Positions 36,864-46,802 of a stretch of DNA of 64,000 bases are shown here, piece after piece (position 1 is the first letter of the stretch; each line of letters opens with the position of its first letter). Source of the DNA: an uncultured Porphyromonadaceae bacterium (GTDB lineage: Bacteria; Bacteroidota; Bacteroidia; Bacteroidales; UBA12481); NCBI GenBank assembly GCA_964547475.1, contig CAZJNQ010000008.1, positions 239 to 64,238 on the forward strand, read 5' to 3'. Both the position numbers and the translations under genes were made by a program. The notes under the pieces are model-generated. The model did not search any database and was not told the DNA's origin. It worked only from the letters and a program-made list of their open reading frames with translations.

Positions 36864-38881
36864 CGGGCATGCGGTGTGGTTATTTTTTTCAAGACCAATC
36901 CTATCCGGCAGGGCAGGTAAAGCTTCAACTGGTAACCGGAACCCAGCTTGCCGAGAGGAAAAGCATCGTATGCCATGGTGTCGTCAATTCTCCCAAATCC
37001 TCCGAATTCAAGCCGGTCAGTATCCAGAACGATCCGGTATTCAGCCGCATCACAATTAATGCCAAACCCCGTGTAGGAATTGACCGGATGGAAATTGAAT
37101 ACAAACAGGTGATCGCCCCTCCTGAATGCCAGAACATGATCCCGGTCCATGTTAAGCACGGAAATAATTTGTCCGGTATGGAGATCTTCATCGGAAAAGA
37201 GACGGATCATGGCCTGGTCAAAACGGTCCATGCCGATGTACTTCAGTAACGGATTACTGGCAAGACTCCATAACCTTCTGGCATAATGATAGGACCACCC
37301 GTTCCCCTCCCGGGGAAAGTCGATCCACTCCGGATGACCGAACTCATTGCCCATAAAGGTAAGATAACCACCTCCGTGTGTTGACAGGGTCACGAGCCTG
37401 ATCATTTTATGCAAGGCGATGGCACGGTCGATGATCAGACTGGGAGTGTTGACTGCCATATGAGTATACATCTCTTTGTCGGCCAGCCTGAAAATGACGG
37501 TTTTATCCCCGACCAGGGCCTGGTCATGGGATTCAACGTAGGAAACTGTTTTTTCATCCTGCCTTCGGTTGGTCAGTTCCCACCAGATTCCGGTTACATT
37601 CCACTCTTCATCAGGCTTTTCCTTCAACGTTCGAATCCAGAAATCCGGTATTCCCATGGCTAACCTGTAATCGAATCCGAGGCCGCCTTCAGGCAGAGGG
37701 GCCGCCAGTCCCGGCAATCCGCTCATGTCCTCCGCTATCGAAATCGCTTCAGGCTTGGATTCATGAATCAAGGCATTTGCCAATGCCAGATAAACCAGTG
37801 CATCCTCATCGACACCGGCATTAAAATAGGCGTCATAGGTTGCAAAATCCCTTCCGAGTCCATGATCATAATATAGCATGCTGGTGACTCCATCAAAGCG
37901 GAAGCCATCAAAATCATATTCTTCCAGCCAGTACTTGCAATTGGACAACAGAAAGTGGAGGGTTTCGTTCTTGCCGTAATCGAAGCACAAGGAATCCCAG
38001 GCCGGATGTTCGCGCCGGTGGTCCGTATGAAACAGCATTCCCGGTGATCCGTCAAACAGTCCCGGACCCTCAACCGTGTTTTTAACGGCATGTGAATGAA
38101 CTATATCCATGATGACCCGGATGCCCAGGCGGTGTGCTTCCGCAACCAGGTCCCGCAAGTCGGAAGGTGTGCCAAAACGGCTTGAGACAGCATAGAAACT
38201 GGAAACATGATATCCGAAAGAACCATAATAGGGATGCTCCTGGATAGCCATCAACTGGATCGTGTTATAACCCAGCCGGGCAATCCGGGGCAGAATATCG
38301 GTCCGGAAGGAATTGAAGGAATTAACCTTGCCTTCTTCCGAGGACATGCCCACATGAGCTTCATAAATCAGCAGGGGCTTTGCTCCCGGAAAAGGAATCC
38401 GTTTCAAGGAATGCCGGGAATGGCCGCTCTCCGGAGGGTCCCAGACTTGTGCATTGAAGACCTTGGTCACCTCATCCTGAACAACCCGGTTGGCATACAG
38501 TGGTATCCTGTAATCTCCGCCGCCATCCCATGTCACCCAAAGTTTATATTCATCCAGATGATGGATCTGATCTTCTTGAAGATCCAAAGTCCATTGGCCG
38601 TTTTTGCCGGGACCAAACCGGTATTTGTCTTGCAGCTGCCAGTTGTTAAAAGTCCCGGTAAGCCACATTGAATTGGCGTTGGGAGCCCATTCCCTGAAAA
38701 GCCATCCATGCTCTGAACGATGCAGGCCGAAATAGTGATACCCGTTGGCAAAATCGGACAGGGAACCAGTTTGACCGGTTAAAGCAATCCTTTTCAGGTG
38801 AATTCGTTCCTGCCTTTCCCGGATCTTTTGAGAATAGGGCGACAGATAGGGATCCCGTTTGACAATGCCCGGAATTTCCAT
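36860..38881 (-). CDS. glgB: 1,4-alpha-glucan branching enzyme (GH13, eukaryote-like subtype)
   Basis: FREWAPNA, IYEAHVGM, SFGYHV, FDGFRFDGVTSM, IAEDMSG, ESHDQALVGDKT; ATG 38881 lies right after the pepD stop. Confidence 0.93.
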   Translation of the reverse strand: MEIPGIVKRDPYLSPYSQKIRERQERIHLKRIALTGQTGSLSDFANGYHYFGLHRSEHGWLFREWAPNANSMWLTGTFNNWQLQDKYRFGPGKNGQWTLDLQEDQIHHLDEYKLWVTWDGGGDYRIPLYANRVVQDEVTKVFNAQVWDPPESGHSRHSLKRIPFPGAKPLLIYEAHVGMSSEEGKVNSFNSFRTDILPRIARLGYNTIQLMAIQEHPYYGSFGYHVSSFYAVSSRFGTPSDLRDLVAEAHRLGIRVIMDIVHSHAVKNTVEGPGLFDGSPGMLFHTDHRREHPAWDSLCFDYGKNETLHFLLSNCKYWLEEYDFDGFRFDGVTSMLYYDHGLGRDFATYDAYFNAGVDEDALVYLALANALIHESKPEAISIAEDMSGLPGLAAPLPEGGLGFDYRLAMGIPDFWIRTLKEKPDEEWNVTGIWWELTNRRQDEKTVSYVESHDQALVGDKTVIFRLADKEMYTHMAVNTPSLIIDRAIALHKMIRLVTLSTHGGGYLTFMGNEFGHPEWIDFPREGNGWSYHYARRLWSLASNPLLKYIGMDRFDQAMIRLFSDEDLHTGQIISVLNMDRDHVLAFRRGDHLFVFNFHPVNSYTGFGINCDAAEYRIVLDTDRLEFGGFGRIDDTMAYDAFPLGKLGSGYQLKLYLPCRIGLVLKKITTPHAR

Positions 38882-38882
38882 A

Positions 38883-40334
38883 TCAGGGGATTCGTTTAAG
38901 AACTTCAACCAGGAGATGCCAGAAACGTATCACGGATTCAATGTCAAGGCGCTCATCAGGACTGTGTACACCTTTGATCGTCGGGCCGAATGAAACCATA
39001 TCCATGCGCGGATACCTGGTAAGAAACAGCCCGCATTCAAGTCCGGCATGGATGGCTTTAACCTTGGGTTCTTCCCTGAAAAGGTCAGAATAAGCCTGAG
39101 CCGTGATGGAAAGAATTTCCGAATCAGGATTGGGATTCCAGCCGGGATATCCTGTCGATTTCTGGATTTCTGCTCCTGCGAGGAGAAAAACACTCTCCAC
39201 CATCTGCGAAATATCCTGTTTGGCTGATTCCCTGGAACTTCTTTGATTGGTGGTTACTTTAATCCTGTCTTTTTCAAACCTGACGGCAGCCAGGTTGGTC
39301 GATGTTTCGACAAGTCCCGGGATTACCTGGCTCCAGGAAATCACCCCATGCGGACAAGAGTACAGTGAGTTCAACAGGTTAGATCGTGTATCCTCGTCAA
39401 TTGCCCAATCGGGAACATCAACTTCTTTGATTGAAAAATCCAGGGTCGGTTCCGTGCGTGCCAATTCCTCTTTCAGGACCGATGAGAAAGCTTGAAAAGC
39501 ATCAATTATTGACTTCTTATGGATAACAGGTACGGCAACCGTTGCCTTGGCTTCACGGGCAATGGCGTTCCTGAGATTGCCACCGGTGAAGTCGTGAATC
39601 CTGATATCAAAATCATCACTGTTTTCCCATAAAAAACGAGTCATTATCTTGTTTGCATTTCCCAATCCCCTGTGAATGTCGTCTCCCGAATGTCCTCCTT
39701 TCAATCCATGAATCATCAGATCCAGTCCACAAAAACCTGCAGGAACCTTGTCTTTCTCAAAATCAAGCCAGGCCGTCAGATCGATCCCACCAGCACAACC
39801 GATAAACAATTCACCCTCATCTTCCGAATCCAGATTCAATAGAATGGCGCTTTCCAGAAAATCCGGTTCAAGGCCGAAAGCGCCATTCAGACCGGTTTCC
39901 TCGGCAACGGTGAAAAGGCATTCAAGCGGGCCATGCGAGACGTGCCGTGAGTCAAGGATGGCCATCTGGGCGGCAATCCCGATCCCATCGTCAGCTCCGA
40001 GGGTTGTTCCCCTGGCTTTGATCCATCCTTGATCAATATATGCCTGGATGGAATCCTTCAGGAAATCAAAATCCAGGGAGGCATGTTTCTCACACACCAT
40101 GTCAAGATGGCTTTGAAGGCATACCCCGGTTCTGTTTTCGAACCCAGGCATGGCCTCCTTCCGGATCAGCAGGTTACCGGCAGAATCAACGGTATGAAAC
40201 AGGTTCCTGTCCCGGGCAAACTGGATCAGGAATTCGCGAATCCAGTCTTCGTGATCACTGGGCCGGGGAATCTGAAGGATTTGCTCAAAGAAACACCACA
40301 AGGCTTGGGGCTCGAGGGTTTTAATCTCTTTCAT
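38883..40334 (-). CDS. pepD: Aminoacyl-histidine dipeptidase (M20)
   Basis: QSHLDMV, TTLGADDGIG, EETGL, NLDSE, IHAGLECG, HSPDE; ATG 40334 preferred. Confidence 0.93.
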   Translation of the reverse strand: MKEIKTLEPQALWCFFEQILQIPRPSDHEDWIREFLIQFARDRNLFHTVDSAGNLLIRKEAMPGFENRTGVCLQSHLDMVCEKHASLDFDFLKDSIQAYIDQGWIKARGTTLGADDGIGIAAQMAILDSRHVSHGPLECLFTVAEETGLNGAFGLEPDFLESAILLNLDSEDEGELFIGCAGGIDLTAWLDFEKDKVPAGFCGLDLMIHGLKGGHSGDDIHRGLGNANKIMTRFLWENSDDFDIRIHDFTGGNLRNAIAREAKATVAVPVIHKKSIIDAFQAFSSVLKEELARTEPTLDFSIKEVDVPDWAIDEDTRSNLLNSLYSCPHGVISWSQVIPGLVETSTNLAAVRFEKDRIKVTTNQRSSRESAKQDISQMVESVFLLAGAEIQKSTGYPGWNPNPDSEILSITAQAYSDLFREEPKVKAIHAGLECGLFLTRYPRMDMVSFGPTIKGVHSPDERLDIESVIRFWHLLVEVLKRIP

Positions 40335-40456
40335 GGGAGCTGCTTTATCGTAAAAATAGTTTTTAAACTCCGTTTTATGGCATTTTAAAAAAAAAGTTGT
40401 GAGCAGGTGGGCCAAGACTGGTTCCCGGTTTGTACTTTTATTAATCAGCTTTGGTT

Positions 40457-41149
40457 ATGCGAGGATTGATTTCTATCCTGTTTATGCCTGGATCCATTTT
40501 GAGGGTCAGAATTCTACTTATCGCCTTCGTGTCCCAGTTCTTCCTCCTGGGATGTACCAGGCACGAGACGCTTGTTATTTCAGGCAATTTGGAGGATCCT
40601 AACCAGGGAATACCAGTGGGTGGAGCGACGGTTGAGCTGTGGACCCAGAGAATAGAGGCGGGTATCTTCAGAGCCAACTACGATTTGGCCGGAACCCGCA
40701 TTACCGATACGGGCGGGCGCTTTTCATTCGAGATGGATTATAGAAACTATACGGGTCTCAAACTGAACTTTGCCAAAGCCGGATATTATGGTTGGACTCT
40801 TGAACTGAACACCGAGGAGGTTAAAAGTGAAGGGGGTATTGATGCCCGGTATCAGATTCTGCCAAAAGCCGTGCTTCAGATCCACGTGCTGAACGCACAA
40901 CCGGTCAACGAACAAGATTATTTCGAGTTTCGTCTGCTTAATGGCTTTACCAGTTGCGAAGTCTGCTGTAAAAGTGAAATGTACCAGTTTAGCGGCATGA
41001 ACATTGACCAGGAGGTGCTCTGCCAGATTATCGGACATCAGGATATTCTGATCCGATGGTCAAAAAGAAAGAATGATGAGCAGGTCTTCCGGACGGATAC
41101 TTTTTTTATAAAAGCTTTTGATACGACACGAATAGAGCTGATCTATTGA
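40457..41149 (+). CDS. Putative lipoprotein with carboxypeptidase-regulatory-like fold
   Basis: Hydrophobic N-terminus ending LLGC; ISGNLED...PVGGATVEL...TDTGGRFSF; start uncertain. Confidence 0.6.
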   Translation: MRGLISILFMPGSILRVRILLIAFVSQFFLLGCTRHETLVISGNLEDPNQGIPVGGATVELWTQRIEAGIFRANYDLAGTRITDTGGRFSFEMDYRNYTGLKLNFAKAGYYGWTLELNTEEVKSEGGIDARYQILPKAVLQIHVLNAQPVNEQDYFEFRLLNGFTSCEVCCKSEMYQFSGMNIDQEVLCQIIGHQDILIRWSKRKNDEQVFRTDTFFIKAFDTTRIELIY

Positions 41150-41213
41150 TCATGCAAATACCTGAATATATGGCCGGGTCTGTCAGCCGTGACAAGGAAA
41201 ACATTCATTCGGT

Positions 41214-41244
41214 TTTGCAGATCGTTAGAAATGATTTACTTTTG
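41214..41244 (+). promoter_or_regulatory. sigma-A promoter of the OmpA-family gene
   Basis: TTTG at 41214-41217, 19 nt spacer, TACTTTTG at 41237-41244. Confidence 0.65.
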
Positions 41245-41291
41245 ATCTTAATAGAAAACCTAAATTGACACTTACTTAAACTGTACCGGAT

Positions 41292-42749
41292 ATGAAGCTA
41301 AAAAGATTACTCTTGATTTCACTATTTATGATCAGTGTTACGGCTGTTAATGCGCAGAATGCTGACAATAAATGGGGAGTTGGCGCACATTTCGGGGTTA
41401 TGGAATACAATGGTGACCTTGCCAACCAGTTTTATTCTTTTTCACAGGGATATGGGGTGGGTGCCAGCCTTGCGAGATACTTGAATCCATCTTTGGATCT
41501 TATGCTCCATTTTTTCTATGATGGAGAGCGCACGAACGATCAAGGCAAGCTCGGAGCCCCTACCTGGCTGAATTTCTACACCCACATGTTCAACACCAAC
41601 CTGCTGGCTAAGTATAAGTTCAATAATGGTTACATTTTAAAGGAAAACGCCTTGCTTGCTCCTTATCTCCTGGCCGGTGTGGGGGCCAATTATGCAAACG
41701 CATCAGGCACTGGCGAAAATGGCGCATTTGCAGATAAATTTGTAACCCCTGACCTCTATGGAGCGGTTGGCCTCAATCTCAGGATCAGCCCTGCTATCAG
41801 TTTCGTGGCACAGACTGCCCTGATGTACCCTTTTACAGATAAGGTTGATGGTGTAGTGGGTGATGTCGTGACTACCGGTAAAAAGGGTGGAGACCTCTTC
41901 CTCGAAAACTCCGTTGGATTGTATATCACCCCCGGAAAAGCCAAGAAAAAAGACGCTGATGGTGACGGTGTCGTTGATAAGCTCGACAAGTGCCCCGATA
42001 CTCCGGCTGGTGTGCCGGTTGATGCTGACGGTTGTCCACTGGATACGGATAAGGATGGAATTTATGACTACCAGGATGAATGCCCGACCGTTGCGGGATT
42101 GAAACAGTTCAACGGCTGCCCCGATACCGATGGTGACGGCATTCAGGATAAACTGGATGATTGCCCGGATGTTGCAGGTCCGGCTGCCCTGAAAGGATGC
42201 CCTGACACTGACGGAGACGGCGTGATTGATAAAGACGACCGTTGCCCGAACACACCTAAAGGATATAAGGTTGACCGGTTCGGCTGCCCTCTGGACAGCG
42301 ATCGGGACGGAATCCCGGACAGTGAGGATGCCTGCCCCGATAAACCTGGTGTCAGTGAATTGAAAGGCTGTCCGTTTGACATGAAAGCCATTATTGCTAA
42401 ATATAATCTCTTCATGGAACCGATCCTGTTCGATTTTGACTCCTACAAACTCAAACCGGCAGGAATCGAAACCCTTGACAAGATTTCAAACGCCTTGGTT
42501 AACCACCTTGATTTCGGTATTCAATTCGATGGCCATACGGATTATGTCGGAACCGAAGAGTATAATCTGAAACTTTCAGAACAAAGAGCTAATTCAGCCA
42601 AAGATTACCTGATCAATAAAGGTATTGGAGGCGACAGGATCAGGCTGCAGTATTTCGGCGAAACGAAACCTGCCCAGGATAATAAAAAACCGGAAGGCCG
42701 TGCCCAGAACCGCAGGGTTGAATACAACCTGTTTGAAATCGGAAAATAA
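41292..42749 (+). CDS. OmpA-family protein: beta-barrel + thrombospondin type 3 repeats + OmpA-C
   Basis: Signal peptide, barrel strands, DxDxDGxxDxxDxCP repeats, GHTDYVG...LSEQRA...NRRVE. Confidence 0.93.
   Translation: MKLKRLLLISLFMISVTAVNAQNADNKWGVGAHFGVMEYNGDLANQFYSFSQGYGVGASLARYLNPSLDLMLHFFYDGERTNDQGKLGAPTWLNFYTHMFNTNLLAKYKFNNGYILKENALLAPYLLAGVGANYANASGTGENGAFADKFVTPDLYGAVGLNLRISPAISFVAQTALMYPFTDKVDGVVGDVVTTGKKGGDLFLENSVGLYITPGKAKKKDADGDGVVDKLDKCPDTPAGVPVDADGCPLDTDKDGIYDYQDECPTVAGLKQFNGCPDTDGDGIQDKLDDCPDVAGPAALKGCPDTDGDGVIDKDDRCPNTPKGYKVDRFGCPLDSDRDGIPDSEDACPDKPGVSELKGCPFDMKAIIAKYNLFMEPILFDFDSYKLKPAGIETLDKISNALVNHLDFGIQFDGHTDYVGTEEYNLKLSEQRANSAKDYLINKGIGGDRIRLQYFGETKPAQDNKKPEGRAQNRRVEYNLFEIGK
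41952..42374 (+). repeat. Five TSP3-type Ca-binding coding repeats
   Basis: DADGDGVVDKLDKCP, DTDKDGIYDYQDECP, DTDGDGIQDKLDDCP, DTDGDGVIDKDDRCP, DSDRDGIPDSEDACP. Confidence 0.9.
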
Positions 42750-42779
42750 CCGGCTCCTGAATGAGCTGTAAAAAATGAC

Positions 42780-42818
42780 AAAAAAGTCCCCGCAATTTTT
42801 TGCGGGGACTTTTTTTTT
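42780..42818. terminator. Bidirectional intrinsic terminator
   Basis: AAAAAAGTCCCCGCAA-TTTT-TTGCGGGGACTTTTTTTTT between convergent genes. Confidence 0.92.
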
Positions 42819-42863
42819 GTTTAATCATGGACTGCCAGTTCGCAGCCACCGGAAATGCTCATA

Positions 42864-43487
42864 CTAACGGTATCGGGCGGACACTATTTTTTTGTAGTTG
42901 AACCCATAATAGAAAACTTCAAAGGGATCCGTAGCTGTTATCAGTATCTTCTCCCACCAGGCTAAATATTTGTCTCTCAACATCAGCTTTTTTACCTGAT
43001 AAATGCCTTCCCCCAGCAGGCTTCCGAGGATTGGGGTTGCTATCATGTCATTCCAACTGGGCTGTTGTGTTCCGCCGGCAATTACGTATTCATAAATGAT
43101 CGAATTCAAGGCGGTTCCCGCGATGGCCCCCGTCCAGTGCGCCCCGCGGTTCCGGTACGACAAGTATGAAAAGGAACTCATTACGGGATGAACTTCATAG
43201 TTCCATGACCAGTGATCATCGTCCCAGACCGGAGGCAGCGTGAAGGTCCTTCGATACATTCTCCAGGTTACCCTTTCTGTCCAGCCCTCTTTAATATTGA
43301 GAGCGAGATGGGCACCAAGGCTGGCTGACCATATGATGGTCTGACTGTAGAGGAACCTTTTCCCGGTATTATCAGCATGCTTAAACCAGATCCCATCCGG
43401 CAGGCTGTCTGGTTGCGCTTTAGCCGGACCAGACAGACCGGTCAACAAAATTACTATTGCAGGAAATAGAATAAACCTGGAGATCAT
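42864..43487 (-). CDS. DUF3943-like exported/membrane protein
   Basis: Signal peptide; PVWDDDHWSWNYEVHP...YEY...QPSWNDMIATPILGSLLGE. Confidence 0.7.
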   Translation of the reverse strand: MISRFILFPAIVILLTGLSGPAKAQPDSLPDGIWFKHADNTGKRFLYSQTIIWSASLGAHLALNIKEGWTERVTWRMYRRTFTLPPVWDDDHWSWNYEVHPVMSSFSYLSYRNRGAHWTGAIAGTALNSIIYEYVIAGGTQQPSWNDMIATPILGSLLGEGIYQVKKLMLRDKYLAWWEKILITATDPFEVFYYGFNYKKIVSARYR

Positions 43488-43518
43488 GCTGAGTTACTAT
43501 GCCCTGAAATTGACCTAG

Positions 43519-44727
43519 TTACAGGCTTTCGATGGTTTTCCTGATGATATCAGATGATTCCAGCACCTGCTCTTCCGTTATAACCAAAGGCGGAGCAAAC
43601 CGGATGATATGTTGATGCGTCGGTTTGGCTATAAGACCGTTGTCTTTCATTGCCAGACATACATCCCAGGCGGTTGTACCCACTTTGGGTTTTATGACGA
43701 TAGCATTCAAAAGGCCTTTCCCCCTGATCAGCTCAATACGGTCCGACTTGATTTGGCTTAACTTTTCCCTGAAGATGTGCCCCATTGTTTCTGCATTTTC
43801 AGCCAGTTTTTCTTCTTTCACAACTTCAAGTGCTGCGATGGCGATTTTAGCCGCCAGCGGATTGCCCCCAAAGGTCGATCCGTGCTCTCCCGGCTTGATG
43901 CAAAGCATGATATCATCATCGGCCAGAACGGCTGAAATAGGATAAAAACCACCCGACAAGGCCTTGCCGAGGATCAGAATATCCGGTCGTACATTCTCAT
44001 GATCACAAGCCAGAAGCTTTCCGGTCCGGGCTATCCCCGTCTGGATTTCATCGGCAATGAATAGAACATTGTTCTTCTTGCACAATTTTGCAGCCTGGCT
44101 GAGATATCCGGGATCCGGAACAAAAACCCCGGCCTCACCCTGGATGGGCTCAACCAGAAAACCAGCTACCGTAGGATCCTTTAAAGCCTCTTCAAGGGAC
44201 CGGATGTCGTTGTAAGGTATTTTAATGAAACCAGGGGTGAAGGGACCAAATCCCCCATATGAGTCGGGATCCGTGGACATCGATATGACAGTGATGGTGC
44301 GGCCATGGAAATTGCCCTCGCACACAATGATTTTGGCCTGGTTTTCGGGGATTCCTTTACGGGTGTAAGCCCATTTCCTGCAAAGCTTAAGGGCTGTTTC
44401 GTCCCCCTCGGCGCCTGAATTCATGGGAAGTACTTTGTCGTAACCAAAATACCGTGTTATGTATTCCTCATATTCGCCCAATACAGAATTGTAAAAAGCC
44501 CTTGATGTCAAGGTCATTTTCCGGGCCTGCTCTGTCATGGCCTGGAGTATCTTGGGATGACAATGCCCTTGATTAACAGCAGAATAGGCCGAAAGAAAGT
44601 CGAAATAACGCTTGCCTACCACATCCCAGACAAACACTCCCTGGCCATGGTCCAGCACTACCGGCAACGGGTGATAATTATGTGCTCCATAGAGCTCCTC
44701 GCGCGTGATGTACTCATTCGGCTTCAT
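43519..44727 (-). CDS. rocD: Ornithine--oxo-acid transaminase
   Basis: [53 protein letters not shown]. Confidence 0.95.
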   Translation of the reverse strand: MKPNEYITREELYGAHNYHPLPVVLDHGQGVFVWDVVGKRYFDFLSAYSAVNQGHCHPKILQAMTEQARKMTLTSRAFYNSVLGEYEEYITRYFGYDKVLPMNSGAEGDETALKLCRKWAYTRKGIPENQAKIIVCEGNFHGRTITVISMSTDPDSYGGFGPFTPGFIKIPYNDIRSLEEALKDPTVAGFLVEPIQGEAGVFVPDPGYLSQAAKLCKKNNVLFIADEIQTGIARTGKLLACDHENVRPDILILGKALSGGFYPISAVLADDDIMLCIKPGEHGSTFGGNPLAAKIAIAALEVVKEEKLAENAETMGHIFREKLSQIKSDRIELIRGKGLLNAIVIKPKVGTTAWDVCLAMKDNGLIAKPTHQHIIRFAPPLVITEEQVLESSDIIRKTIESL

Positions 44728-44761
44728 GCGAAATAAAGGTTTTGATAATACTACAAAGGAA

Positions 44762-46798
44762 TTACTTTTTCCGGTGCATTACAAGAGACTCGGTGACCAA
44801 CAGGATCAAGGCCGCCAATAGAAAGTAGTGCCATAGGCTCTTCCTGTGATTTTCGGGAAGGAATGGTTTAATGATGAAGTTGTTTGCTTGCGGGGTTTGA
44901 TGGTTCACTGACCAGCCTGCCTGAGTGAATTTGTCCATGATCACGCTGTCAGGGAGATAGTTTAATTCCGATTCGATTCGGTCCAGATTGTAAGCCACCC
45001 AGGCAACTGAATTGTCTGATTGCCTGAGTTCATAATGTCCGGGAACCGGTACGTAATCCAGGTATACATGAGTCTTGCCGCCAAATCCAGGTTTGACTGA
45101 CGGATGCGTCTCTTCCCCCGTCAGGGCATTGACCAGTATCACCGAGCCTGCATCCGGCCGCAGGGTAAAACTGATATCAGCCGGTTCATCATGGCCGGCA
45201 ACACAGTATAATTTTTCATGACTCAGCCCGGAAGTCGTAATGAGATAAGTAAAAGGAATGAAAAGTGGATGATACATCAGGTCGGTGGCCTGCCCTTCAA
45301 GCGGAAAGGCGCTTAAAACAAAAGTTCCGTTGCCGGCGCGGAAACGGCTCAGTATAATATCACCACCGACAGTGGTCAGCAAATCAGACCTGCTTCTTCC
45401 GGAATTGATGAATTTAAAAGTCTGGTTAAATACCGGCATCCTGATCCTTTTATCGGGATTGACTACTACGGATCTCAACCACTCACCCATGTTCGAGCCC
45501 AGACGGGATTCCACCGTGTAAGTTGCTATTGAATGGATCGTTGGCAGATTGAGCGATGCCAGGAATTCGTTGTAGCTGATCAGTTGCCCGGTTGTCTCGG
45601 GGAAAAACCATATGACACCTCCTGCGTTCAGGTAGGATCGGACCTGGTCAGACAGAAGGCCTTCAAAAGAATGAATTCCGGCCAGGATTACAGCCTGGTA
45701 CCCGTCGAATCCGGATCGAGGGAATCCTTTGACGGTAAATTCATCCGCGCGGAAATAGGGATCATACCGGAACAATTGTCTAAAGTAAGGATTGGGTGAT
45801 TGATCAAACAGAAGAAGGACCGAAATGCCGGCTTCAATCCGGTAAGTAAACCAGAGGTCATTATCATACTCATAAGGATAATCTGAGATCGATACCCTTC
45901 CTTTTTGCCATCCGGCACCCTGGATGGTGAAGGGAATGCTGATTTCCGAAGAACTTCCGGCGGTCAACTCCACGCCGGTTTCGTTTCTCAATGAATCATT
46001 TATAATGAGTTTCACGGGCAGGTTCCTGAAATCCTGGTCTGAATGGTTGGAAATTTTCACTTTCAGCACATCCGTTTGACCTTTCTGATGCAAAGGACGG
46101 TCAAACCAGCAGCTATCAACGCTGATATTGGATACCAGGTTGCTCCGGAGTGGAACCGGGAAAACCGGAATACCGGATGTGTCAACTCCGGTGAGTGACT
46201 GAAAAAAACCTTGCGTGAAATCCGATAGCAGGTATAGGGCTGAGATTTTTCTTCCAGCTCCGTCACTGAGTGATTGAAATTCTTTAAGGATATCGGCAAT
46301 ATTGGCTGAATAAGGTTCAGGTTCCAGAACTTCAACCCTTTCCAAAGCAAGTTGTTGGTCGGAAATTCCTTCAAAATCCAGATTTAATCCGTTAGTGACC
46401 AATAAAAACCGCGTATCAGGGGGATAGCTCCTGATTATTTCTTCAGCCTCTGTTTTCCCTGATTCCAGCAATGTTTCCCCTTCGTTGACAAGTTCCATGC
46501 TGTAGGAATTGTCCAAATAAAGACCGACGAGGCTTCCGGTCTGAATGGTTCCCGGAATCCGGTTCCATACGGGTTTGGCAAAAGCCAGGATGATACAGGC
46601 TAATATCAACAGGCGCAGGATAAGTAAAAAGACATCCTGGATCCTTCGCCTGTTTCGGCGGCTCGTTTCGGCCTCCCTGAGAAATTTCAGGGAACTGAAA
46701 TAGACCGTCCGGGTCCTGTGAAAATTGAGGAAATGGATCAGGATGGGTACAGCCAGCAAGATCAGGCCATAAAGCAACCGGGGGTGCTCGAACATCAT
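44762..46798 (-). CDS. BatA N-terminal domain / vWA membrane protein
   Basis: PILIHF...FSSLKFL...LLILRLL...FAKP; MIDAS-like LDNSYSM; C-terminal [18 protein letters not shown]. Confidence 0.82.
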   Translation of the reverse strand: MMFEHPRLLYGLILLAVPILIHFLNFHRTRTVYFSSLKFLREAETSRRNRRRIQDVFLLILRLLILACIILAFAKPVWNRIPGTIQTGSLVGLYLDNSYSMELVNEGETLLESGKTEAEEIIRSYPPDTRFLLVTNGLNLDFEGISDQQLALERVEVLEPEPYSANIADILKEFQSLSDGAGRKISALYLLSDFTQGFFQSLTGVDTSGIPVFPVPLRSNLVSNISVDSCWFDRPLHQKGQTDVLKVKISNHSDQDFRNLPVKLIINDSLRNETGVELTAGSSSEISIPFTIQGAGWQKGRVSISDYPYEYDNDLWFTYRIEAGISVLLLFDQSPNPYFRQLFRYDPYFRADEFTVKGFPRSGFDGYQAVILAGIHSFEGLLSDQVRSYLNAGGVIWFFPETTGQLISYNEFLASLNLPTIHSIATYTVESRLGSNMGEWLRSVVVNPDKRIRMPVFNQTFKFINSGRSRSDLLTTVGGDIILSRFRAGNGTFVLSAFPLEGQATDLMYHPLFIPFTYLITTSGLSHEKLYCVAGHDEPADISFTLRPDAGSVILVNALTGEETHPSVKPGFGGKTHVYLDYVPVPGHYELRQSDNSVAWVAYNLDRIESELNYLPDSVIMDKFTQAGWSVNHQTPQANNFIIKPFLPENHRKSLWHYFLLAALILLVTESLVMHRKK

Positions 46799-46802
46799 GG
46801 CG

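Noticed and set aside
41952-42374. Possible CRISPR or DNA tandem array
   Set aside because: The repeats are degenerate at DNA level and in frame: TSP3 protein repeats. No CRISPR array or cas gene was seen anywhere in the window.
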